Assembly (NCBI GenBank): GCA_963804645.1
Contig: CAWDRG010000009.1
Span: forward strand, 512,001-576,000
Direction of reading: 5' to 3'
DNA from: an uncultured Bacillota bacterium
GTDB lineage: Bacteria; Sysuimicrobiota; Sysuimicrobiia; Sysuimicrobiales; Segetimicrobiaceae
DNA: 64,000 nucleotides
The position numbers and the translations under genes were made by a program. The stretch's first letter is position 1. Each line of letters starts with the position of its first letter. Positions 51,573 to 59,771 of this stretch are shown here, one piece after another. The notes beneath the pieces were generated by a model that did no database searches, was not told the origin of the DNA, and was given only the letters and a program-made list of their open reading frames with translations.

Positions 51573-53180
51573 ATGTCGTCTGAGTCGCGTACGCGCGGGA
51601 CGGTGAGTCGGCGCGCGCTGCTCGCGGGCGGCCTCGCGCTCGGCGGGGCCGCGGCACTCGATCTCGGGATGGGGCGCGCGGTGCCCGCGCTGGCCGCCTC
51701 CGCGGCCGTGCCGAAGCGCGGCGGCATGCTGACCGCCGCGCAGGAGGTGGACCTGCTCACGCTCGACCCGCACACGAACTCGAACTTTTCGGCGCTGCAG
51801 GGATACGAGGGCATCTACGAGAGCCTCACTACCTTTGACGAGAAGATGACCGTGGTACCGGCGCTCGCGCAGAAGTGGGACGTGACGAACGACGGCAAGA
51901 CGTACACGTTCCACCTTCGGCCGAACGTCAAGTTCCACAACGGGCAGCCGATGACCGCGCAGGACGTGCAGTACAGCATCGCGCGCGTGCTGAATCCGAA
52001 GACCGCGGCGCCGCTGCGCAGCTGGTTCGACGCGATCCAGGAAATCAAAGTGGTCGATCCGCTGACGGTGGAGCTGAATCTCTCGGCTCCGTACCCGGAC
52101 CTCCTGAGCGCGTTCGCGGCGCTGCGTGCGTCCGGCATCATGCCGAAGGGGTACGCTGAGCAGGTCAACCTCACGACGAACGCGATCGGCACCGGCCCGT
52201 TCAAGCTGGTCGAGTACATCCCCCAGGAGCACATCTCCTACACGCGGAACGCGGATTACTGGGATCAGCCGCTGCCGTACCTCGACGGGATGACGTTCAA
52301 GATCCTCAACGAGGAGGCCGCGCGGCTCGCCGCGCTCCACGCCGGGCAGATCGAATACGCGGCCCTCAGCGCGCAGGGCGCGGCGCAGCTGGGTAACGCG
52401 CCGGGGATCCGCGTGCTCAAAGCCCCGTACGCCTGGCTCGGCGTCCATGAGCTCAACGTCACCCAGAAACCGCTCGATGACGCGCGCGTCCGCCGGGCGC
52501 TGCGGATGGCCGTGGACACGGGCGACGTCATCGCGAAGGCCGTGTACAGCGGGGGCGTGCCGTCCGGCCCGATCAACACGGGCTTCGCGCCCTGGGCGCT
52601 CGATTCGCAGACGCTCCCCTACCTGAAGCCGGACATCGACGGCGCCAAGAAGCTTCTCGCGGAGGCCGGCTATCCCAACGGCGGATTCACGATCGAGATC
52701 AAAACCTCGCCCCAGTATCCGGAGATCGTGGCCAGCTCGCTCGTGATCCAGCAGGCGCTGCGCGCCCTGAACGTCACCGTGAACGTGCTGCAATTGGAGT
52801 GGGGGACGCTGTCGGCGGCCATCACCCAGGCGGTGCAGACGGGCGGGAAGGCCGGCGGCCAGATCTTCGCCACCGCCAACACGTTCCGACCCGGCCCCGA
52901 TGCCTATCTCTTCCCGTTCTTCGATTCCAAGGGGTCGTATAACCTCGGGTACACTAATCCGGCGCTCGACGGCCTGCTGTCGGAGGCGCGCTCGATCACG
53001 AGCCAGGATCAGCGGCGCAGCCTGTACGTGGAGATCCAGCGGACCCTGTTGGCGGACTCGCCGTTCTGGTGGTGGTACGCGAAGTTCAACATCGAGGCGC
53101 TCTCGTCGAAGTTTCAGGGCTATTCGCAGTCGTTCACCGGGCGCCGCATCTTTCTGAAGAAGACATGGATGGCCGGCTGA
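51573..53180 (+). CDS. Tat-exported family-5 (peptide/opine/nickel) ABC substrate-binding protein
   Basis: SRRALL Tat signal; LDPH, YTFHLR..VKFHNG, IGTGPFKL, AKKLLAEAGY. Confidence 0.9.
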   Translation: MSSESRTRGTVSRRALLAGGLALGGAAALDLGMGRAVPALAASAAVPKRGGMLTAAQEVDLLTLDPHTNSNFSALQGYEGIYESLTTFDEKMTVVPALAQKWDVTNDGKTYTFHLRPNVKFHNGQPMTAQDVQYSIARVLNPKTAAPLRSWFDAIQEIKVVDPLTVELNLSAPYPDLLSAFAALRASGIMPKGYAEQVNLTTNAIGTGPFKLVEYIPQEHISYTRNADYWDQPLPYLDGMTFKILNEEAARLAALHAGQIEYAALSAQGAAQLGNAPGIRVLKAPYAWLGVHELNVTQKPLDDARVRRALRMAVDTGDVIAKAVYSGGVPSGPINTGFAPWALDSQTLPYLKPDIDGAKKLLAEAGYPNGGFTIEIKTSPQYPEIVASSLVIQQALRALNVTVNVLQLEWGTLSAAITQAVQTGGKAGGQIFATANTFRPGPDAYLFPFFDSKGSYNLGYTNPALDGLLSEARSITSQDQRRSLYVEIQRTLLADSPFWWWYAKFNIEALSSKFQGYSQSFTGRRIFLKKTWMAG

Positions 53181-53205
53181 CACGCCGGACGGGACGCTCC
53201 GCGCG

Positions 53206-53973
53206 GTGGTGACGCCGCGCGGAGCGTTCCTCACGGATCTGACGTGGGACGAGGCTGAGCCGGTCCTGCGCGGCGACCCCGTGGTCGTGGTGCCGGTGGG
53301 GGCCGGGGCCAAGGAGCACGGCCCGCACCTGCCGCTCGGCACCGACCGGATCGTGGTGGAGTATCTGGCGCGGCAGCTGGTGGAGCGGACGCCTGTGCTC
53401 GTCATGCCGACCGTGACGTACGGCTACTACCCGCATTTCTCGTCGTTTCCGGGCAGCACGCACCTCGAAGCCGGCACCTTCCAGGCGATGATGACGCAGC
53501 TGATCCTCTCTGTGCACCGGCACGGCCCGCGCCGATTTTTCGTGCTCAACACCGGGGTGTCGACGTACCCTGTGCTGGAGATCGTCGCGCGGGATCTGGA
53601 CCGCAGCCACCGGCTCCTGGTGGGTGTGACCCGGATCGGCGACCTCGGCGGCCACCGCACCGCGGGGCTGTTCAGTCAGCCGGCGGGCAGTCACGCCGAC
53701 GAACTCGAGACGTCCCTCCTCCTGGCGATCGCGCCGGACGTCGTCCGTGTCGCCAAGGCGGTGCGGGAGATTCCCGATCGCCCCCACGCGAGGGGAATGT
53801 TCGTGCCGCCGATGTACCATCGCGAGCCGGGTCCGGGCTACTCCGCCACCGGCGTCTACGGGGACGCCACGCTCGCGACCCCGGAGAAAGGGCGGACGAT
53901 CGCTGCGGCGATGATCGAGGATCTTATTGCCGGGGTGGACCAGCTGCGCACCGCGCCCGCGGCGCCGCTGTGA
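53206..53973 (+). CDS. creatininase family amidohydrolase
   Basis: EHGPHLPLGTD, FPGS, HADELETS, GVYGD..AT.EKG. Confidence 0.88.
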   Translation: MVTPRGAFLTDLTWDEAEPVLRGDPVVVVPVGAGAKEHGPHLPLGTDRIVVEYLARQLVERTPVLVMPTVTYGYYPHFSSFPGSTHLEAGTFQAMMTQLILSVHRHGPRRFFVLNTGVSTYPVLEIVARDLDRSHRLLVGVTRIGDLGGHRTAGLFSQPAGSHADELETSLLLAIAPDVVRVAKAVREIPDRPHARGMFVPPMYHREPGPGYSATGVYGDATLATPEKGRTIAAAMIEDLIAGVDQLRTAPAAPL

Positions 53974-54200
53974 GCACTGCGGTCCGATCGGGCGCGAAGG
54001 GCGGCACAGACCGGTCGGGACTGTGCGTGATTCCCACGTTTGAACTGCCGACAAGGTGGGGAAAACGTGCTTTAAATCGTTAACAGCCACGCGATAGGCT
54101 TCGTACGGAATACGGTGATCGTGAGGAACGGGTCGCACGATTCGCCGCCGCCCGGCGGCGTGGCGCGTCTAGATCGCGAGGGAGGCCCGCTGCTGCGGCC

Positions 54201-55013
54201 ATGAGAGAGCCGGATCGTCACACCGGTTCGCCGGTCGGCACCGCCGTCGCGTATTGGCCGGTCATGATCTGCCTGCTCGGCGCGTTTCGCGTGCTGAAAC
54301 AGGGTCACCCGGTCCACCTCCGCAGCGGCAGCAAGTTTCAATCGCTGCTCGTCACCCTGTCGACGCGCCGCGGCTACTGCGCGCCCCGCGAGGCGCTGCT
54401 CGAGGCGTTGTGGCCCCGCAGCGCCGAGTCGTTCTCACGCCAGTCGCTGAATACCCTGGTGCACAGCCTCCACAAGCGCCTCGGCGACGCGCTGGACGGC
54501 GCGACGCCCGTCGTGCACGCGGACGGGTACTACCGATTGAACGTCGAGGCCGGCGTGCGCGTCGACGTGGGGTGCTTCGACTCCCTGGTCTCCGCCGGCG
54601 AGCGCGAGGCCCGGCTGGGCAACACGGTCGCCGCCGCGGGCGTGTACAGCGAGGCGCGGGACCTGTACCGCGGGGACCTCTGCGTCGGGGGCGACCCGTA
54701 CGCCGTGGTCGAGCGCGAGCGCGTGCGGACCGCCTACCTCACCCTCCTCGCCAGCCTGGCCGACTCCTATTATATAGAAGGCCGATACGACGCCTGTCTC
54801 CGGGCCACGCTGGAGCTGCTGGCCGCCGACCCGTGCCGCGAGGACGGACATCGGATCGCGATGCGCTGCCACGTCCGCCGCGGCGAGCGCGCGCAGGCCC
54901 TGCGGCAGTTCCAGCTGTGCCGGGCCATCCTGCGCACCGAGTTCGACGCCGAGCCCGAACCCGCCACGATCGCCCTGTTCGACCAGGTCCGCCTCGCGCC
55001 CGACAGCATCTAG
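54201..55013 (+). CDS. SARP/AfsR-type transcriptional activator (wHTH + BTAD)
   Basis: LLGAFRV, REALLEALWP, YRL..VDV..F, LYRGDL, DPCRED.HR..MR, ALRQFQ.C...L..E...EP. Confidence 0.88.
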   Translation: MREPDRHTGSPVGTAVAYWPVMICLLGAFRVLKQGHPVHLRSGSKFQSLLVTLSTRRGYCAPREALLEALWPRSAESFSRQSLNTLVHSLHKRLGDALDGATPVVHADGYYRLNVEAGVRVDVGCFDSLVSAGEREARLGNTVAAAGVYSEARDLYRGDLCVGGDPYAVVERERVRTAYLTLLASLADSYYIEGRYDACLRATLELLAADPCREDGHRIAMRCHVRRGERAQALRQFQLCRAILRTEFDAEPEPATIALFDQVRLAPDSI

Positions 55014-55020
55014 CCAAACC

Positions 55021-55096
55021 TCATCGCACGTTCAGCACGTCATCAGCCCCGCATTCACGGGGCCCTCAGCGTTTCCTCAGCACCGGCGGCTATGAT
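55021..55096 (+). promoter_or_regulatory. six-unit 11-bp-period direct-repeat array plus -10 box (putative SARP operator of the eCIS operon)
   Basis: TCATC 55021, TCAGC 55032, TCAGC 55043, TCACG 55055, TCAGC 55066, TCAGC 55077; TATGAT 55091-55096. Confidence 0.7.
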
Positions 55097-55132
55097 CGGC
55101 GTGGGTCACTCAATGCTACTGTGAGGTATGCC

Positions 55133-55333
55133 TTGGAGAGTGTCCCGCCCGAAGGTCTCCAGGACAAGCGCTACATCACGCTGATTTTGCGGTTGCTGAT
55201 CGATAAGCACGGGGGGCTGGTGCATGGCGAAGTGGCGGATATGGACGGAACGGCGGGTCCGCGATTCGCGGGCTGGCAGGCGTTGACGCCGGCCGTTCAA
55301 GAGTGGCTGGTGAGCATCGGGCAGGGCGAGTAG
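55133..55333 (+). CDS. small hypothetical protein heading the eCIS operon
   Basis: 3' end of ORF 54254..55333 looks globular (DKRYITLILRLLIDKHGGLVHGEV...RFAGWQAL...WL); GAGGT RBS before TTG 55133. Confidence 0.6.
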   Translation: MESVPPEGLQDKRYITLILRLLIDKHGGLVHGEVADMDGTAGPRFAGWQALTPAVQEWLVSIGQGE

Positions 55334-55418
55334 AGCGCACACGGGCACGTGGGACTCGAAGGCTCGCGGCACGGCGAACGGTCCCCAACGTGGCTGTCAG
55401 AAAAGGAAAGGAGCTGCC

Positions 55419-57647
55419 ATGGCGATCTCTCCGACCTACCCGGGCGTGTATATTCAAGAGGTCCCCAATCCGGTTCACACGATTGCCGGTGTGGCGACGT
55501 CCATTGCCGCGTTTGTCGGATACACCGCCCGCGGTATCGATAATCGAGCCGAGCAGATCTTCAGCTTCTCGGACTTTGAGCGGCTGTTCGGCGGGCTCGC
55601 GTCCGACAGCGAGGTCAGTTATGCCGTGCAGCAGTTCTTCGGCAACGGCGGCACCCAGGCGTACGTCGTGCGCGCCCCGCGGCACGGCGCCTCCGGGGCC
55701 CAGGTCGTGTTCAACAGCCTGACGTTTACGGCCCTGAGCAGCGGGACCTGGGCCGACGGGCAGTTGATCCTGGACGTCGACTACAACGGGGTTGACCAAT
55801 CGACCGACGCCACGGCGTTCAACCTCACCGTCACCAACCTGGTCGATGGCACGGTGGAGACGTTCCCGAACGTCTCCCTCAAGAGCGCACAGAACAACTA
55901 CATTGTCGCCATCGTCAACGATCCGGACAACGGATCCCAGCTCGTGAACGTGCAGGTGAGCGGGGCGCCGGGCGCGGCGCCGGTCGTCACGGGCGTCGTC
56001 GGCGCCGCGCTGACGACCTACGGGGTGGACAGCACCCTCGGCGGCACGACCGCGGTGGCCGGCACGGTTGCGCTGACCGCGAGCTCGACCGCGGTCGTCG
56101 GCGCCGGCACGACCTTCACGAGCGCGCTCCAGGTCGGGCAGTGGATCGAGTTCGCGTCGGATGCCACCCACCAGTACCAGGTCAGCCAGGTCGTCGACAA
56201 CACCCATCTGTCCCTCGCGACGCCGTTCCTCGGGGCCACCACGGGGTCGACGACCGTGACCGCGGCGAACGCCGTGGCGAACCACGACTACGGCGTCCTC
56301 CTGAGCGTGACATCGCCCACCACGCCGCCCGCACCGCTGCCGCTTAACATTCGAGTGTTCTCCAACACGAGCGCGCTGCCGCAGACCGTCTCGGGGCTGG
56401 CAGCGCAGCTCCAGCGGGCGATCAACTCGGCGCTTGCCGTGCAGATGCCGGGCGCGTCCGTCACCTGCTCGGTGGCGGGCACGGGCACCAGCCAGGTCAT
56501 TCGGGTGAACGCGCTCTTGCCGCAGATCCCCGATGCGGTGGTGTCGCTGGCGGCGCCGACGGCGGCGGGGCTCTCCGACGCGTCCGCGACGCTGGGATTG
56601 AGCGCGCCGGCCACGACCAACGTGGCCCACTACGCCCTCGGAACGGGCAACGGGACCGGGAGCGGCTGGGGCGGGTCCCAGACCAGCTCGACCGCGGGAT
56701 CCGACGGTTCGGGTCTCCCGCAAACGGGTGACCTGATCGGCGACCAGGGGATGTTTACCGGCATCTACGCGCTCGAGAAAGTCGACCTGTTCAACCTGTT
56801 GTGCATCCCGGAGGCCACGCGCGCCGCGCCGGGCAATCCGTCGGCCCTCGACATCACGGTCGATCCGAACGCGATCTACAGCGCGGCGATCGCCCTGTGC
56901 GACAGCCGGCGCGCGTTTCTGCTGCTCGACGCGCCGCCGAACGTCAACACCGTGTCGGGAGCCGTGGACTGGAAGACCAGCGGGCTCACGGTCAGCGACG
57001 CGAACGGTGCCGCGTTCTTCCCGCGGCTGCGGCTGCCGGATCCGCTGAACAACTTCCAACTGCGCACCTTTGCGCCGTGCGGGGTCGTCGCGGGGTTGTA
57101 CGCGCGGATCGACGGGACGCGGGGCGTGTGGAAGGCGCCGGCGGGGACCGAGGCGACGCTGTCGGGCGTGCAGAGCCTCGTGTACAAGATGACCGACGCC
57201 GAGAACGGCGTGCTGAATCCGCTCGGGCTGAACTGCTTCCGCACGTTCCCGGTGTACGGCTCGGTGCTCTGGGGCGCGCGCACGCTGGTCGGCGCGGACG
57301 CCGACGCGAGCCAGTGGAAGTACGTGCCGGTCCGCCGCATCGCGCTGTTCCTTGAGGAGAGTCTGTACCGCGGCACCCAGTGGGTCGTGTTCGAGCCGAA
57401 CGACGAGCCGCTGTGGGCGGCGATCCGGCTGAACGTCGGCTCATTCATGCAGAACCTGTTCCGGCAGGGCGCGTTCCAGGGGCAGACGCCCGCGGACGCC
57501 TACTTCGTCAAGTGCGACAGCGACACCACCACCCAGGCCGACATCGATCTCGGCATCGTGAACATCCTCGTTGGGTTCGCGCCGCTCAAGCCCGCCGAGT
57601 TCGTCATCATTCAGATTCAGCAGATGGCCGGACAGGGCCAGGCGTAG
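55419..57647 (+). CDS. contractile tail sheath protein (eCIS)
   Basis: TYPGVYIQE, IAAFVG, YAVQQFFGNGG, RGVWKAPAG, LNPLGLNCFR, WGARTL, WKYVPVRR, WVVFEPND, GFAPLKPAEF. Confidence 0.96.
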   Translation: MAISPTYPGVYIQEVPNPVHTIAGVATSIAAFVGYTARGIDNRAEQIFSFSDFERLFGGLASDSEVSYAVQQFFGNGGTQAYVVRAPRHGASGAQVVFNSLTFTALSSGTWADGQLILDVDYNGVDQSTDATAFNLTVTNLVDGTVETFPNVSLKSAQNNYIVAIVNDPDNGSQLVNVQVSGAPGAAPVVTGVVGAALTTYGVDSTLGGTTAVAGTVALTASSTAVVGAGTTFTSALQVGQWIEFASDATHQYQVSQVVDNTHLSLATPFLGATTGSTTVTAANAVANHDYGVLLSVTSPTTPPAPLPLNIRVFSNTSALPQTVSGLAAQLQRAINSALAVQMPGASVTCSVAGTGTSQVIRVNALLPQIPDAVVSLAAPTAAGLSDASATLGLSAPATTNVAHYALGTGNGTGSGWGGSQTSSTAGSDGSGLPQTGDLIGDQGMFTGIYALEKVDLFNLLCIPEATRAAPGNPSALDITVDPNAIYSAAIALCDSRRAFLLLDAPPNVNTVSGAVDWKTSGLTVSDANGAAFFPRLRLPDPLNNFQLRTFAPCGVVAGLYARIDGTRGVWKAPAGTEATLSGVQSLVYKMTDAENGVLNPLGLNCFRTFPVYGSVLWGARTLVGADADASQWKYVPVRRIALFLEESLYRGTQWVVFEPNDEPLWAAIRLNVGSFMQNLFRQGAFQGQTPADAYFVKCDSDTTTQADIDLGIVNILVGFAPLKPAEFVIIQIQQMAGQGQA

Positions 57648-57669
57648 ACGCCGGCGGAGGGGGTGTGCC

Positions 57670-58197
57670 ATGGCAGAGTTCGTCGTGAACGCACAGCGGT
57701 TCGACCCGTACAAGAACTTCAAGTTCCGGGTCAAATGGGACGGACGGTACGTGGCCGGCGTCAGCAAAGTGTCGGCGCTCAAGCGCACGACCGAGGTCGT
57801 CAAGCACCGCGAGGGCGGCGACCCGAGTACCAGCCGCAAGTCGCCTGGCCGGAGCGAGTTCGACGCGATCACCATGGAGCGCGGCGTGACGCACGACCCC
57901 GAGTTCGAGGCATGGGCGGCGAAAGTGTGGCAGATCGGCGCCGGCCTCGGCAGCGAAGTGTCCCTCAAGGACTTTCGCAAGGACGTCATCATCGACTTTT
58001 ACAACGAGGCCGGCCAGCTCGCGATCAGCTACAAGGTCTACCGGGCGTGGGTCTCCGAGTACCAGGCGCTTCCCGACCTCGATGCCAACGCCAACGCGGT
58101 GGCGATCCAGCACATCAAGCTCGAGAACGAGGGCTGGGAGCGCGACACGTCCGTGACGGAGCCGACCGAGCAAAGCTTTACATCGACCTCGGCGTAG
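57670..58197 (+). CDS. tail tube protein (T4 gp19-like; eCIS inner tube)
   Basis: RFDPYKNFKF, HREGGD, KSPGR, ITMERG, WVSEYQALPDLDANAN, LENEGWERD; GGAGG RBS before ATG 57670. Confidence 0.94.
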   Translation: MAEFVVNAQRFDPYKNFKFRVKWDGRYVAGVSKVSALKRTTEVVKHREGGDPSTSRKSPGRSEFDAITMERGVTHDPEFEAWAAKVWQIGAGLGSEVSLKDFRKDVIIDFYNEAGQLAISYKVYRAWVSEYQALPDLDANANAVAIQHIKLENEGWERDTSVTEPTEQSFTSTSA

Positions 58198-58209
58198 CGC
58201 GAGGCGTCG

Positions 58210-59016
58210 GTGGCGGCCGGGACCCGAGGAGCCTCCGCGGAGCACCGGGGCGCTGCGGTCGTTGCGGGCGGGCCCGGCGGGGAGGTGTGCGCGCTCGAGG
58301 GCGGTCGTCTGCTCGAAGCCTGGGAGCGTGGCACCGTGCAGGACGACCTCGATCGCGCGCTGACGCTGCTGGCGGCGGCCTGGCCCGACGCGGCGCCCGA
58401 GGCGCTGGCGCGGCTCACTATTCCCGTGCGCAACCGCGAACTGCTGCGGCTCCGGTGGATCAGCTTCGGCCCGACGCTCGAGGGACTCACCGCGTGCGGC
58501 GCGTGCGGTGCGCGGCTCGAGTTTTCCGTGCCGATTCCCGAGGTGCTCGACCGTCTCGAGCGGCTGGGTGCCGGCGACTCGGTGGCGTGGGCGGAGGGGG
58601 GCGCGGCCTGCACGCTCCGCGCCGTCACGACCGACGATCTGCGTGCGGCCGTGCTCGAGCCTGACGACGGGGAGGCGCGCCGATGCCTGCTGGCCCGCTG
58701 CCTCTCGGTGAGGGGGAGTGGCGCGGACACCGACGCACTTGTGGTTGTCCGCTCGGATCCGAGGACGCTCGCGCGGTTCGATCGCCTTCACGAGGGGGCG
58801 GAGATCGTGTGTGAGGTGCTCTGCCCACAGTGCACGGCAGTGGATGTCGTGGATCTGGACATCGCGAGGTTTGTCTGGGACGAGGTGCGGCACGCGGCGC
58901 TGCGCTTACTCCGCGAGGTGCACGCGCTGGCGTCAGCCTACGGCTGGTCCGAAGAGGCCATCGCGGCGCTGACGACCCAGCGCCGCCGCGCCTACCTCGA
59001 GATGGTGTGGGCGTGA
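58210..59016 (+). CDS. eCIS accessory/baseplate-assembly protein with CxxC motifs
   Basis: CGAC and CPQC motifs; C-terminal LLREVHALASAYGWSEEAI..L...RR..Y; start uncertain (58210 or GTG 58285). Confidence 0.75.
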   Translation: MAAGTRGASAEHRGAAVVAGGPGGEVCALEGGRLLEAWERGTVQDDLDRALTLLAAAWPDAAPEALARLTIPVRNRELLRLRWISFGPTLEGLTACGACGARLEFSVPIPEVLDRLERLGAGDSVAWAEGGAACTLRAVTTDDLRAAVLEPDDGEARRCLLARCLSVRGSGADTDALVVVRSDPRTLARFDRLHEGAEIVCEVLCPQCTAVDVVDLDIARFVWDEVRHAALRLLREVHALASAYGWSEEAIAALTTQRRRAYLEMVWA

Positions 59017-59771
59017 CCGGCGTCGTCGACCGGATGATCGCGCGGGCCCGGGCGCCGCTGTCGCCGGTGCGGCCGCTGCTTCCGTCGCGCTACGAGTGGG
59101 ACCACGAGCGCGTGGCCGCGGAGACCGCGGGGCCAGTCGAGGACGTATCGGAGCAGTGGACCGCGCCGCCGCCGGACTCGGCCACGGCCGGCGCGAGCGA
59201 GGCGGCGGCGGTCAACGGGCCGCATCCCGAGTCGACCGCCGCCGAGATCGAGACCGAGACCGGCCGCGCGGCGCCGCGCGCTGAACGCCGCGCGGTCGAC
59301 AGTCCTCTGGCCGTGCGGCCGGCTCCCGCAGCGCGACCGATGCTGAGGACCGAGGGCGCGCTCCCGCCTGCCGCGGCACACGGCGGACCCGGGCGTGCCG
59401 CGATGCCCGACGCCGCGCGACCCGGGTTGCCCGCCCCGGCCGATCCGGCCGCGCCGTTCTCGGCCGCCGCGCGGCGGGATGCGGCGGGTCCCGCGGAGAC
59501 GAGCTTCCGTGCCCCGCGCCCTCCCGTCGAGGAGCGGAGCGAGGGGCCGCGGGACGGGTCGGGGCGTGAAACATCGCCGCCGCCGCGCGCGCGGGCGGCC
59601 GCGGAGCCGAATGAACGGCAGGCGCGCCGCGGCACGACCGAGGTGAGCATCTCGATCGGGCAGATCGAAGTGCGGGCGGTCCCTCCGGCGGAGCCGCGGC
59701 GGAAGCCGGCGCCCCGTCCGCGGGTGTCGCTTGCCGAGTACCTGCGCCGTCGCGGGGAGGCCGGACGATGA
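59013..59771 (+). CDS. Pro/Ala-rich low-complexity eCIS-associated protein
   Basis: GTGA overlap upstream and ATGA overlap downstream; ordered ends (VRPLLPSRYE; ISIGQIEVRA...SLAEYLRRR) around a disordered middle. Confidence 0.7.
   Translation: MTGVVDRMIARARAPLSPVRPLLPSRYEWDHERVAAETAGPVEDVSEQWTAPPPDSATAGASEAAAVNGPHPESTAAEIETETGRAAPRAERRAVDSPLAVRPAPAARPMLRTEGALPPAAAHGGPGRAAMPDAARPGLPAPADPAAPFSAAARRDAAGPAETSFRAPRPPVEERSEGPRDGSGRETSPPPRARAAAEPNERQARRGTTEVSISIGQIEVRAVPPAEPRRKPAPRPRVSLAEYLRRRGEAGR

Noticed and set aside
50498..53973. Mycofactocin/RiPP cluster suggested by creatininase + LLM
   Set aside because: No precursor peptide, radical SAM enzyme or RRE protein nearby
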